This document shows, piece by piece, positions 1 to 21,333 of a DNA stretch of 64,000 nucleotides. The notes beneath the pieces are model-generated. The model made no database searches, had not been told where the DNA came from, and was given only the letters and a program-made list of their open reading frames with translations. Position numbers and translations under genes: made by a program. The DNA lies in assembly GCF_009914755.1 (NCBI RefSeq), contig NC_060947.1; one strand, written 5' to 3'. This stretch comes from the human T2T-CHM13v2.0 reference genome, Homo sapiens. Every line of letters starts with the position of its first letter. Position 1 is the first letter of the stretch.

Positions 1-153
1 ACTACGCCTGGCTAATTTTTCTATTTTTTTCTTTTTTGGTAGAGGTGGGGTTTTGCCGTGTTGCCCCGGCTGGTCTCAGACTCCTGGGCTCAAGTGATCC
101 TCTTGCCTTGGCCTCCCAAAGTGCTGTACAGGTATGAGCCACCACACCTGGCC
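1..153 (-). mobile_element. Alu left arm (AluJ-like), cut by window edge
   Basis: ctcctgggctcaagtgatcctc...gagccaccacacctggcc. Confidence 0.9.
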
Positions 154-159
154 ATACAT

Positions 160-925
<766 letters not shown>

Positions 926-939
926 CCATCATGGCTTTT

Positions 940-1910
<971 letters not shown>

Positions 1911-1912
1911 TG

Positions 1913-2033
1913 AGGGTGGAAGGATCACTTGAGCCTGGGAAATCAAGGCTGCAGTAAGCCGTGACTGCACCACTGCACCACTGCACCCCAGCATGGGCGA
2001 CAGAGTGAGACCCTGTCTCAAAAAAAGAAAAAA
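1913..2033 (+). mobile_element. Alu right-arm fragment (J/FRAM-like)
   Basis: ggatcacttgagcctgg...gagaccctgtctcaaaa. Confidence 0.85.
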
Positions 2034-2039
2034 AGGGAG

Positions 2040-3129
2040 AAATATTTGTTAGGCCTTCACATTGTATCCTGTATGTCTCTTGCACTTTTCAAAACATATT
2101 TTCCATGTTTTAGGTCTCTCCATGCTTCATTCTGGATAGTTTCTTTTAACCTGCCTTCTAGTTCAGTAATTTCATTATGGGCTACATATCATCTCTTAAC
2201 TCTGCTACTCCTTTTTTTTCCCTTCTTAGTCTTGTTTCCTGCACTCAGAACCATTATTTTGAGATTCATCTCTATTGCTGCATATATCAATAGTTTATTC
2301 CTTTTAATTGCTGAGTATTATTCCATTGTATGGATACAGCACAATCTGCCCATTCACCTCTTGATAGCCATTTGGATTGTTCACAGTTTGGGGCTATTAC
2401 ATATAAAACTGCCATGAACATTTATATATTTGTGTGGACATATGTTTTCAATTCTTTGGGGTAGGTGGAATGACTAGTTTGTGTGGTAGGTATATATTTA
2501 ATATTTTAGACATAGCCAAACTTTCCTACATAGTTGTACCATTTTACAATTCCACCAGCAGTGTTAAGAGTTGCAGTTGCTCTACATCCTCGCCAGCACT
2601 TGTTATGATCAGTCTTTTAAACATTTTAGCCATTTTAGGGTGTACGTTGTGATATCTCATTGTGTTTCCATTTTACTTTTAAATAATAAAGAGTAAAATT
2701 GACCTATTTGGTGTTCAGGTCTGTATTTAGAAGATAACACATAGTAAAATTGATGCTTGTTTTGGTGTAAAGTTCTATGAGTTTTAACACATGCATAGAT
2801 TTATATAGCCTCTACCACAAACTGGATACGGAATTCCATCATCCCCCAAATCTCCCTTAGGCTGTGTCTTAGTAATTACACCCTCATCCCACCTCTAAGC
2901 CCTGGCAAACAGTCATCTGTTCTTCATCACTATAGTTTTCCCTTTCCCAGAATGTCATATCAATGAAATCATACATCTTTGAGGGTGTCTTTCATTCAGC
3001 ATAGTGTCATTAAGATTCATCTATGTAGTTGCATGTATCAATAGTCTGTTCCTTCTTATTGTTCAGTAGTAGTCCATTATAACGCTATACCACAATTGTT
3101 TATTCATTCACCCATTGAAAGGCATTTGG
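2040..3129 (-). mobile_element. old L1M fragments, antisense
   Basis: gagattcatc...atcaatagttt...ttccattgtatgg motifs. Confidence 0.7.
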
Positions 3130-4638
<1,509 letters not shown>

Positions 4639-4924
4639 GAAAGGCATTTGGGTTTCCTTTTTTTTCACAATTATGGTTTGAGCTGCTATAAACATTTACG
4701 TAAAGGTTTTTGTGCACATAAGTTTTCATTTATGCAGGGTAAATACATGGAAGTGGGATGGCTGGGTAGTGTGGTAAGTATATATTCAACTTTTTAAGAA
4801 ACTGTCAAAATATTTCCTAGAGTAGCTGTACCATATGTATTCTAATCAGAAATATATGAGAGTTCCAGTGGTTCTGCATCCTTGTCAGCACTTGGTATTG
4901 TCAGTTTTCTTTTCTTTTTTAGCC

Positions 4925-5218
4925 TTTTTTTTTTTTTTGAAAGAGGGTCTCACTCTGTTGCCCAGGCTGGAGTGCAGTGGCATCCAGCTCACGATGGTCT
5001 CTGCCTCCTGGGTTCAAGTGATCCTCCCTGCCTCAGCCTCCCGAGTAGCTGGGTCTACAGGCGCGCACCACCATGCTTGGCTAATTTTTTGGTATTTTTT
5101 TTAGAGACAGGTTTCGCCATATTGCCCAGGCTGGTCTCGAACTCCTGAGCTCAGATGATCCACCTGCCTTGACCTCCTAAAGTGCTGGGATTACAGGCAT
5201 GAGCCACCACACCTGGCC
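4925..5218 (-). mobile_element. Alu (J/S)
   Basis: Full dimer with polyT. Confidence 0.93.
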
Positions 5219-5705
5219 TTTTTTAGCCATTTTAATGTGCATTTCCCTAATGACTAATAATGTTGGGCATCTTTTCATATGCTCACTTATCACATATCAT
5301 TTTTGGTTTAATACATTTTGCTCACTTTTCAATAGGCTTTTTTTTTTTTTTTTACTGTTATGAGTTTATTATCTGGATACAAATCCTTTGTTGGGTATAT
5401 GATTTGCAAATGTTTTCTTCTAGTTTGTATCTTGCAAAAGTTTTGGCTATTATTAATCTGTTATTAATTCTAGCCAGTATATTTCATCTTGGACATTGTA
5501 ATTCTCATCTCTTGAAGTTTGATTTGGGTCTTTAAAATAAATCTTCCATGTCTTAACTTTTTGAACATATGAAATACTGTTATAACTCTTAATGTTCCTG
5601 TCTACTAATTCTAACATCCGTTCATTTAGGGGTTGGTTTTGATTGATTTATTCCCCACCCACCCCCCTATTTTGGGTTGTATCTTCCTTCTTTCCGTGCA
5701 TAGTA

Positions 5706-6008
5706 ATTTTTTTTTTTTTTTTGAGACAAGGTTTTGCTCTGTCACCCAGGCTGGAGTGCAGTGGCGCGATCGTGACTCATTGCAGTCTTGACCTCCCAGG
5801 CACAAGCGATCCCATCTCAGCCTCCTGAGTAGCTGAGACCACATACATGTGCCATCACACCTGGCTAATTTTTAAAATTTTTGGTAGAGATGAGGTCTCA
5901 CTATGTTGCCCAGGCTGGTTCTCGAACTCCTGGGCTCAAGCGAGCCTCCCACCCCAGCCTCTCAAAGTGTTGGGATTACAGGCATGAGCCACAGGCGCGT
6001 GCCTGACC
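5706..6008 (-). mobile_element. AluJ
   Basis: ctcactatgttgcccagg, ctcctgggctcaagcg. Confidence 0.93.
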
Positions 6009-6858
6009 TGTGCCTAATAATTTTGGATTGGATACCAGACGTTATGAATTTTACCTTGCTGAATGTTTGATAATTTTTATTCCCATAAACATTCTTGAGC
6101 TTTATTCTGGGACACAGTTAAATTACTTGGAAACAGTTTGATCCTTTCAGGTCTTGCTTTTAAAATCTGTTAGGCAGGACCAGAATCCTTTAGGATTAAT
6201 TATTCCCACAACTGACCCAAGACTCTTCTGCGTACTCTACCAAATTCCCTGTGCATTTTGAGGTTTTCCAGTCTCGTTAGTGGAAACAGTCCGTTTCCAC
6301 TTGGCCCTGTGTAAATTCTCAGCACCATTCCCTCTAATCTCTTCAGCTGGTTCATTCCCTGGCCTTGGGTAGTTTCCAAACATGCTTGGACTGATTAGTA
6401 CTCTGTTGAATACTCAAGGGGAACCCTCTGCAGATATCTGGAGTTTTCTCTGTCTTTGCAGTTTCCTCCTCTCTGGTACTCATTCCTGCAGATTCTAGCT
6501 GCTTTGTCACCCCAGATTCTCAGTTTGTCTCCTCAACTCAGGCTGTTTGTTAGGTTATGCAGGGTTCTCCTTCCCCGCACCGTGACCTGGAAACTCTTTC
6601 AAGGCAGTAATGCAGGGCAATTTTAGGGTTTACCTTGTTTCCAAGCTCTCTCCATGACTGTTATTTGTTGCTTTAATGTTCAGTGTCTTGTAACCTATTG
6701 TTTCATCCCCCCCCCACCATCTTTTTGGTTGTTTTGGATGGGAGGATAAAGGTAATCTTTTTAGTCGATCTTGGCCAGAATCATCCTAATAGTTTTTCAT
6801 TGAATGTTTGGTATTGCATATGAAAAATTATAGACATAATTTGATTCCCTGTACAGTG

Positions 6859-7274
<416 letters not shown>

Positions 7275-7508
7275 TGAATCTGGGAATAAGTCTTTTTGAG
7301 GGCTTATTCACTTCTGATTCACCAGTTTTCCAAATATTTGGCCTTTCAGATATTCCAGCTGAAAGCATGGAGTGTTTATGAGGGTCTCTTCCTTGGTGGA
7401 CTCTAAAGTCTAATTTCCTCCCTATCCCTTTGAGACTGTTGGAAGCACTGCACAGCTCCTCCGTATATATGAGTCATCACTTTCTGCTCAGCTTTTCAGC
7501 CTTTCAGC

Positions 7509-7528
7509 TGTGTGTGTGTGTGTGTGTG
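7509..7528. repeat. (TG)10 microsatellite
   Basis: Direct reading. Confidence 0.95.
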
Positions 7529-8617
7529 TTTTAAATCAGTAGATGACTCGATGGAAAAGCAGCACTGAATGTTGGTCTCATCTTTGTATGTTTCTCATCT
7601 ATCTTTGCTCTCACGTCCTCATTGTACTAGTTCTGATACCTTCAAATAGATCTTAAACATCTTGTCTAGTTTTTCTGATTGTGCTTAGTGAGAGAGTTGG
7701 TATGCAAAAAGTTAGTCTACTTCTGCCTGAAACAGAAAACCTACCTTTCATTTTTTGTTGTTGGTTATTTTACTTCATCAAAGTGTTTGGAATTGGCATT
7801 CTATTCTATGGTCATAATTTATAGAGTTGTTTAGTGGTAGTTCTAAATGTATATGGTTACACTGTTCACCACCAGCCTTTTCACCATTGCAGTGCTGTTT
7901 TTGAGCTGTTTATTTTGATTCAGGATTTAGTTGGCTGGATTTTATTCACAAAAATTTTTCTCTGGGATCCTCCTTCCCCTGTTCCAACTGGCTTGATTTC
8001 TCTCCAGGTTGATTTGTGCAGCTGCTATCCTTGAATTACTTATTATTTTCCTAGTTATATTTACTATTTCTTTAACATTATATCTTTCTCTTTCTAGGCT
8101 TACATAGTCACATGCTGGAACACATCCTCTAAATTCCTGAAAAGGGTTTAAGAAGATAAATATTAAGTCCATGCATGTCTCAATACGTCTTTCTTCTGTT
8201 CTCACTCTTGACAGTTGCAGCTATATTAGTGCCTTTCTTATTACATTTAGAGGTACTGATGAGAATTCTAAGCATAATCTCATTCCGTTTTATTTTGAAG
8301 CAGTATGTCTTTTCTCTTTGGTAACTTTACGAATTTTATTCTTTATTCTTGGTGTCCTGATATTTCCCCATGATAGACCCAGATATATTTTTAAAAATTG
8401 ATCTTCCTTGCATTTGAGCGACTCTTTAAATATGAAAACTGGTGTCTTGTTTTCACCTCTGGGGAATTTTCATCTCATTTCAAAAATGATTTTCTCCCCT
8501 CTCTTTTCTTTAGCTTCTCTGGAACTTTCATCAGATCAATGTTGATACATCTGGATCTTTGTTTTCTAACTTTTCTTGGACATTTTTGTCTTTGTCTCTT
8601 TTGTTCCCCTTTTGCAC

Positions 8618-8911
<294 letters not shown>

Positions 8912-9437
8912 TGCACTGTGTTTTTAAAAATCACTCAGAAAAATTTTTTCTCCAGCTAGAGTTTTTTGATATTCAATTTTTAATTTTCTAATCTTTCACT
9001 GGTTTGTTTCTTCACAGCCAGTTCTTGTTTTATGAATGTGATCACCTCTTTAATCTTTCTCCAGATATTAATTATAATGGATTTTAAGTCATCTTCTGTT
9101 TTCCATATATACCCCTAATAATTTTAATGTAAATCAAGACCATATGTAATCCATTTATTGCAAGGCATCCATCCAAAGAAATCTAGGTCAGCAGCTAAAG
9201 TTCATGACAAGTAATTTGCAGCATTTTGTTTCTTGAGAAGAGCCAAAGAGGAAATGTATTTTTAATGCCTAACATCTTAAATATTTCTTCTCCCCAAATA
9301 TACCCTACACCTCTGGCAATAGAGCTCTGAAAATCTCTCCAACTAGCACTTTTCAGCCCTACCCAAGTCCCCTCTAATATCTAGTCCATACAGCTTCTAT
9401 TTTTTCCCTTTTGCCCATCTTTTTCCAACTTGGAATC

Positions 9438-9795
<358 letters not shown>

Positions 9796-10303
9796 TAGGA
9801 GCTGTAACATGAAGAATTTTCCTCCCTTAGAAAATGAAGATAGTGAGGGAAGATTGTGAATTTTTGTCCCTGTTAGGCTTTTCCCAAGGAAGTATTTGAA
9901 AGTCTCTCTAAACAGAATCCTGGTATTTTATGGTAGCACCCAGAGACAACTTTTCTTCCAGTTCAATCTTTATCCTTTTCCTTTTGGGGTGAATTTAATT
10001 ACTTATTTTTTGAAATCCTGGAGGTCCTGCCAGGTCGAGCTTGACTCAATCATGATTCCTTCTCACAAACTTCAGAGCCAGGGAGTGGCAGACACGCCAC
10101 AGTTTCTGCCCTACATAATATGAAAAGGAGGATATGCTCACCAAGCGGTTATCTTTGTGTTTGTAGACTGCTGCTGCATGACCTTCTTTCTTTGCGGCTT
10201 GAAGCAAACCCAGGACACACAGAGCCTCCCAATGTTTGGAGCTAGCCCTTTAGCTTTCATTTTGCATGTGTCTGGGTTTCCAAAATGCCAGGGTTATGAG
10301 TAG

Positions 10304-10621
<318 letters not shown>

Positions 10622-10835
10622 TGTGCTACCCCACTTCTAACTCATTCTGTTCAGCTGAAAGCAAACTAGTGGGTACAGTCTTGTAACTGAACTTTTGGGA
10701 GGGGGGCCCTATTCAGGTTTCAGACTTTGCTCATGCAAAGCACTGGCATCTTGCTCATCCTGGGTACATCTTGTATTTGGAATCACTTCTCTCACACAGA
10801 TCTCCACCAGAATCCTCCATCTGAGCTTTATCATG

Positions 10836-11176
10836 TGATATGGTTTGGCTGTGTCCCCACCCAAATCTCATCTTGATTTGTAGCTCCCATAATTCCCACG
10901 TGTTGTCGGAGGGACATAATTGGAGATAATTGAATCACGGGGGCAGTTTCCCCCATACTGTTCTCATGGTAGTGAATAAGTCTTATGAGATCTGATGGTT
11001 TTGTAAGGGGAAACCCCTTTTGCTTGGCTCTCATTTCTCTCGTCTGCTGCCATGTAAGATGTGCCTTTCACCTTCTGCCATGATTGTGGAACTGTGAGTC
11101 CATTAAACCTCTTTTTCTTTATAAATTACCCAGTCTCGGGTATGTCTTTATCAGCAGGGGAAAACAGACTAATACA
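10836..11176 (+). mobile_element. THE1 solo LTR (MaLR)
   Basis: tgatatggtttggctgtgtccccacccaaatctc...gactaataca; perfect 5-bp TSD tcatg. Confidence 0.93.
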
Positions 11177-11332
11177 TCATGTAAACTTGCTTTTGGAGAA
11201 CAGATATGGTAACCTTTTCCTCTCCCTCAGATCAGCTACACCAACTATGAGAATTCTGAAGATTATGATGAAGTCCATGATAACTGAATACATCTTGAGT
11301 ATAAATTAGGATTACAGGCCCTTCATCTACAT

Positions 11333-11501
11333 CAGAGGTTCTTAGCTCTAGCTACATGCTAGACTCACCTGGGATCCTTTCAAAGTTCCTCTTTGCAGGA
11401 CTCAGGCCAGGCCAATTGAAGGTGAATCCCTTGGGAGGAGGGCAGGCATCAGTATAAAAAGCTCCCCAGGTGACTCTGTGCAGCCGAGGTTGAGAGCTGC
11501 T
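11333..11501. mobile_element. MER5-like hAT MITE
   Basis: cagaggttct...aagctccccaggtgactct...ggttgagagctgctg. Confidence 0.7.
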
Positions 11502-11694
11502 GCTCCTGGCGCCTCTGGCCCTTCTAGCCTTGCTGGCTTCTTCCCCAGTAGATGCCTGCTGTGATTGTTGTTCCAATCTGAAGAAACAGAGGTGCCCTTT
11601 CTCCTTTCTCACCAACCTGTGCTGATAAATTGGGCCTGTGAATTTCAGTAGTTGTCCATTCTGCTATTCTCTCTAGGGGTATAAAGCAGCCCTC

Positions 11695-11720
11695 AAAAAC
11701 CAAAACCAAAACCAAAACCA
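11695..11720. repeat. (AAAACC)n simple repeat
   Basis: Direct reading. Confidence 0.9.
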
Positions 11721-12024
11721 ATTTTGGTGACCTAAGGTTCATGAACAACTCTCACACTGGAGTCACTTAATTGATGTTCACTTCTTGAGGCTTCCACCTG
11801 TTTACTATTTCATTGGCACCTCTAATCACAGATCAAGCCTTCTGATCTGGTACCTTAAGAGGTACTTCTTACTAATTTGTTTCTGGTAAGCCTATGTTGT
11901 CACAAGCCTCACAGAGGCTACTAAGTCCCAGGGAGCTGATAGCGTTGGTGGAGCCCAATAGGACCCTGAGTGAGTGCAGGCATATTGGTCATGGATCCCC
12001 TGTCCCCATCCAGAAGCAACTTCA

Positions 12025-12340
<316 letters not shown>

Positions 12341-12342
12341 GG

Positions 12343-13298
<956 letters not shown>

Positions 13299-13575
13299 TG
13301 AGATTAGGTGTTAAAAAGACAATGGATTTTCTCGATTTGGTAGACTTACATAATATCACGTATGTTTGGTTTTCTCTCTGGTATATACAATTCAAACAGC
13401 ATATTCTCACCAGATGTACCACTCTGATACCAGACTTCACAATGTCTCTCTCTTGGGCTATCTGGGGTTAATGTCAGAATTATCATGGCTTGGAGCTGGG
13501 CAGCTCCTATTTTTTGACATCATTGTTGGTGAAACATGGTGAAAATGTTTTCTGGTTCAGGTTTAGCATGAAAGG

Positions 13576-13907
<332 letters not shown>

Positions 13908-14589
13908 TAATCTGAAGTCCATCTGAATATCAGACCTTAAACCCCAAAGATGGTTTACAGCACTCCAAATATAACCCAGGCCCTATGCCCCTTGCTTTGC
14001 TGGAGAAGGGACAGGACAGTCAAGAACTATCCCCTGCGTGACCTTTTCCTGTCTTTGTCTTCTACTTGGGAAAAAGCAAAGTATTCTGGGTGATTAGAGA
14101 GGTAAAACGTGTAGCATGCCCACACCCTCAGCCAAGGAAACATACGAAGTTGGTTATTTCCTTCATCTTCTGTGCCATATGGAGTCTAAAGATCTTGGAA
14201 GGTTGGCCCTCATCCATTCAACTCATCTTATGTACCTGTGTCCGGTCCTTCAGTCAGTAGAGAGTGACCTCCTTGAACCATTTCCTTCCCATCTTTGTCC
14301 CTTTCCCCATATTCCTTAGTCTTTTTATCTGTTATCCTCTTTCATCTTCCTGTCTCCTCTTCTGTCATGGACTGTCAGTTACATTGTAGCCCATCCACTT
14401 TCCCTCTTGGATAGAGGTGAGGGGGAGAAACCTTTAGGGTCCTGAAGGTGGAAGTCGACAGTGGAAGAGTTCATCGTGATGCCGTGACTTGTGGGTGAAA
14501 TAGTTATAAAGCAATCAGACATTTCTGTGAAGGAGAACTTCCTGTTGGTGTATATTTTGAACTTAATTATGCTGAAAGAGTTCGTGTCT

Positions 14590-14724
14590 CCTTCTCAACA
14601 TTTAATTAGTTTTTTTTTTTTGAGATGGGGTCTCACTATATTAAGCCCAGGCTGTTTCAAACCCCTGGCCTCAAGTAATCCTCCCATCTTGGCCTCCCAA
14701 AATGCTGGGATTACAGGTGTGATC
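14590..14724 (-). mobile_element. FLAM / Alu left monomer
   Basis: polyT followed by a single arm. Confidence 0.85.
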
Positions 14725-15088
14725 AGTTACGTTTTTAAAAAGCCCTCTTATCACCCCTAACTTGGGATGTGGCAGGCTCCTTGAGGTGGAGTGGAAAGAA
14801 AAAAAACACACAAAACTATCTCTCCATAAGCTGTTCCTTGTGTTGGTTGAGCTTGGTGCCTGTCTTTCGTGGCAATGGATTTCTTCAGGTGTCCTGTGGT
14901 TTTTGTCTGTGTGCTCCTTTTGCTGTGTGAGATCTTCTGCTTTTGCGGCTACGGATGCTGGCTCTGATGGAGAAGCTTGTTTTGAGGATTATGGGGTTGA
15001 GTGGAGTGGGGCTGCCTTTGTCACTTGGGGAATGGTGGCCCCGGGGGCAGTTTTAGGCAAAGAGTAAGCACAAGCCCTTAGAGAAAAT

Positions 15089-15180
15089 GGGAGAGAGGAG
15101 AGGGGGCGAAGAGGGGGCTGAGCGGGGGCGGAGGTGGGAGGGTAGGGAAAGGGAGAGAAAGAGGGAGAGAAAGAGAGAGA
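15089..15180. repeat. GA-rich low-complexity tract with G-runs
   Basis: Direct reading. Confidence 0.85.
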
Positions 15181-15709
15181 ATATTCCACATGTAGTCTTC
15201 AAATTAACCACCTGGAAGATTGTCCCATGACCCCTGCACACTCCATCTATTGCTCCCCAATTTTTCCAGTCTCCTTCCTCAGTTTCCTCTTGGGTTTGTT
15301 CTCACCTTCTGTTTTTCCTTCAAGAGTTCCTCAAATCTTTTGGTTTATAGTGTTTGGCTTTCTAGTGGTATTATACATAAATAATTAAAAAATTTTTTTC
15401 CTGTGATTTCAGTCATTTGGAAGGGATTTAGGTGCATGTGATCCATTTGAAATTTGTATCTAAATGCCAGGAGGCTGCCTTGGAAGGGCGCAAGCTCCCC
15501 ACCGTGACAGGCTTCTGTGTTTAAGTAGAAGGAAGAAGGAGAATATTTAAGTATGTGACAGGGAATTACTCCACGTTGATGAATTTCAAAAAATGTTCAC
15601 TGTGACCTGTAAGAAGAAATACATTTTACATAGATGTTCATTCATGATACAGGTAACTGAGACAAGAGTTTCATTAAACAATGTTTACCCTATGTGTAAG
15701 GCATCGTGA

Positions 15710-16019
<310 letters not shown>

Positions 16020-16022
16020 TGA

Positions 16023-16318
16023 TTTTTTCTGAGTCAGGGTCTCCTCTGTCGCCCAGGCTGGAGTGCAGTTGGATAATTATAGCTCACTGCAGCCTCCGCC
16101 TCCCAGGCACAAATGATCCTCCTACCTCAGCCACCTCAGCCTCCTGAGTAGCTGGAATTACAGGTGTACACCATCATGCCTGGCTAATTTTTATATTTTT
16201 TTTGTAGAGACAAGGTTTCCCCATGTTGCCCAGGCTGGTCTCGAACTCTTGAGCTCAAGTGACCCACCCGCCTTGGCCTAAGTGCTGGGATTACAAGCAT
16301 GAGACACTGTGCCTGGCC
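16023..16318 (-). mobile_element. AluJ
   Basis: Full dimer. Confidence 0.92.
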
Positions 16319-16727
16319 ACATTGTGATTTTTCTATTGTATTTCATGAAGACATTCATTTATCTAAATATGGCACTAAAAGCACAAGAAACAAAAGAAAA
16401 AATAGATAAATTGAACTTCATCTAAATTAAAAGCTTGCATGTTTCAGGGGACATTATCAAGAAAGTGAAAAGATGGGGGAAAGTTTTGAAAATCATACAT
16501 ATGATGAGGGTTTAATATCCAAAAAATATAAAGAACTCCTACAACTCAAGTACAAGCAAACGACCCAATTTTTAAATGGGCAAAAGACTTAAATAGACAT
16601 TTCTCCAAAGAAGACTTAGACATGGACCAAAAGCACATGAAAAGATGCTCAACGTCATTAGTCATTAGGTAAATGCAAATTAAAACCACAATGAGATGTT
16701 ACTTCATACCCACCAGGATGGTTATTA

Positions 16728-17225
<498 letters not shown>

Positions 17226-17471
17226 CTAAAGTTCTGATACATGTTACAACATGAATGAACCTTGAAAATGTTGTGTTAAATGAAACATACCAGATGTAAA
17301 AGGACAAATAATATATTATCCACTTATATGAAACATCTGGAATAGGCAAATTCATAGAGGCAGAAGGATAGAGGTTACCAGGGGCTGGGGAGAGAAAGAA
17401 TGGGAAACTATTGCCTATGCTACAGTTTTTGCTTGGGATGATGAAAAAGCTCTAGAAATAGATAGTGGTGA

Positions 17472-17776
<305 letters not shown>

Positions 17777-18619
17777 CTAAACAACATTTTAAATATACAT
17801 AATGCCACAGAATTGTACACTTAAAGTGATTACAATGATATATTTTAGGATATGTACATTTTACCATTTACCAAGAAATATTGTGATATAAATTTACTTA
17901 TCAAAATCCACCAAGTTATTTTGATCCACGAATAAGTCACATACAATAGGTAGAAAAGCACTGCTAGATTATCTTTAATAACAACCTAGATATTTTAGCC
18001 ATATGAAGAAAGGTTTAAAAGTTATGAATTGGTACATTGTGAATGGCGCAGCCACGTTTTTTTGAAGTATATTTTGTTAGGCACAAATGATCACATGTTG
18101 AATTTATCAGTTGTGATGCTAACTTAAGGGACCCTTAGTGTAGAATGACTGCTCTCTTAGTAAAACATCCTGGCTTGCGTGCAAAAACCTTACATGTCGT
18201 TATAATTTGCCACCATACGTGTCAAAATCTGCAAGAAAATTTGAAAATCATCTAAATCACTTAGAATGGTAACAGAACGGAAATTAATCATAATTTTTTA
18301 AAGAACAATTGCATAATACGCAAAAATTCCCTATTAACAAGAATATTTGATTGGCTGCTTAAATCTTTATTACCAGAGTTTGTTGTGTTAGGTGCTATTC
18401 TCAAGGGGCTGGGGACCCTTGTTCACAGTGATGGGTGCCACCTACTGGATATACTAATATTTTCTCTGACAACATCAGAAATTCTCTTTCAGGACTCTTT
18501 TGGAAGCGAGTATTCCCTCCCTTCCCTTCCCCCTATCCCACTCCCACTAGCCCCATGTTAACACAGCTGGAACGGAACACAGAATTCCCATGAGGCTATG
18601 ACAGGCAGCTTCTGACCTG

Positions 18620-19432
<813 letters not shown>

Positions 19433-19699
19433 GGGGCCCAAACTAATTCTGATGGATTTTCAAAAGCTTTAGAAGTTTCCTGTTTGAATTTGGCTTCATA
19501 AGCCTCAGTAAAAACTTTCTACTGTGCTTGCTCGTTTAGCCTGTTAGACCTTGTGTTCCCAGGGGAAAACTTTTGGACGCTTCTGGGGCCACTCAGTCTG
19601 TAGTCCTGCAAAGATGTCACAAAAGGTAAATCTTGATCATATACCATGTGAATGAGCGTTCGAAGGTTAGGTACACTTTCCAGAGGAACATGTATTTTT

Positions 19700-20420
19700 T
19701 TTTTTAATCATTAATTTTCTGTTGCAAGAGTATAACATGAATACACTCTCCTTATGAAAATAAGTACGTTATAAATAGAGTCCTCTTTGACAGTAACTCA
19801 ATCTAGGTCCCTCTCCTCCCCACCTGTCCCCACCCTCAGTTACGAGTTTGGAGTAAATCTTTCCAGACCTAAAAAAAAAAAATTACATAAACACATGTGT
19901 TTGTTTTTGCAACAATGATACTCTCCTTCCATATCATTCACTTTTTTCATTACTCACTTTTTTCCACTCAACCATCTCATTCAGTTTTGAAATCCCTGTT
20001 GCTACATGTGGATCTAGTTAATTCTTAGCTATAAAAAAATGAAAACTTATTTTCCCACTGATGACTTATAGGTTGTTTCTAGATTTTCATTTTTTCCACA
20101 CGATGCTACAGTGAACACCGCCTGCTTGTCCATGTCAGAGTGTCCTTTTCTAGGGAAGACACCTAAGACAGGAAATGTTGGGGAGGGGAGGGGAAATCAT
20201 GTGAACATTTTAAAGACTTAGACACACTCCCAAATTGCTCACCAAAATGACCGTGCCAATTTATACTTCCTGCAGTAATGAAATTGCCTGTTTGCCCCAA
20301 TCTTTGCCAAAATGTCATATTTTCCAATCTGGCAGGTGAAAATGATTTCTTGTTGTTTTAGTTTGCATTCCCCTGGTTATTAGTGAGGCTGACAATCTTT
20401 TCATATATTAATTGGCAGGT
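19700..20420 (-). mobile_element. L1ME-like 3' region, antisense
   Basis: ttttagtttgcattcccctggttattagtgaggctga. Confidence 0.65.
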
Positions 20421-20499
20421 CCTCTCCCTTTTTACAGGGCTCCTATGAGAGGAGTTGTGTGTGTCTGTGTGGGGGTGTGGGGGTGGGGATTGGATTTGA

Positions 20500-21333
20500 G
20501 CCTTGGTGCCAACTACTTGGGGGAGTTGCATACCAGTTCTGAGAACATGAGCTGCCATTGCTGATGGCACTGGAGGAGACTGTGAGAAACTGAGATCACA
20601 GACAGCCTCTCCCTCTGGGGTGAGGAGGAGCCACTGCTTTCAGCAAGGTCACCAATCTAAAGAGAGCCACTGGGGTTATGCAGTCCACAAAGTGCTTGCT
20701 CACACCCACTGTGTGAAGGCAATGACAACAGGGTTAGGACATTGGCTGGACTGATGGCCTCCAATCAGTGCAAAATCAAAATAGGTTGCTGTTGCACCAT
20801 GGGGGTAGGACAGAGGATGGCTGGAACTCAGGGGGCGTCCCTAGGTAACAGTTAATGGAATACCACTGAATACCCAAACAGGCAGGACTAACAAGGGCAT
20901 GGACCCTCAGGAAGTAAAGCTTGGATCACCTCACACCAGCAAGGGAAGAGGAATTTGGATTGCATGAGAGAGGACAGGAGCCTCATAGCTACTTGCAAAC
21001 ACAAAGACTGTTGCTGATCCTCGAATTTTCTTCCTTGCCAAATATATATGTTCATAAACAATTTCTCATCTCTTTGGCTCCTTTTTCCTCAATGTGGATA
21101 AACTTGCTATTTAGACCATAGGTTACAGAATTGTGATGAAATTAGAAGAGGCAGAGGTCTGATCCAAAGATCTTTATCTTGGAGGTAGGTGCAGAAATGG
21201 AAGAGACTTTGGTGTGTCTCTCTTTGGGAAATGTGAGTCCACTTTCCGTTGTAAGAGGAAAAAATCACATTATTTTAGGCAACAGAATTTTGGAAAGTTT
21301 ATCTATGGGAAGCTATGTCCAAAGGGATGGACT
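20500..21333 (+). mobile_element. ERVL/MaLR internal region 3' end
   Basis: gaccctcaggaagtaaagcttggatcacc...; ends ccaaagggatggac (PPT-like); recalled similarity. Confidence 0.5.

Larger units (their letters stand above)
4652..6850 (-). mobile_element. old L1M fragments, antisense, interrupted by two Alus
   Basis: tgcatttccctaatgactaat; ttattctgggacacagttaaattacttggaaacagtttgatcc. Confidence 0.6.
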
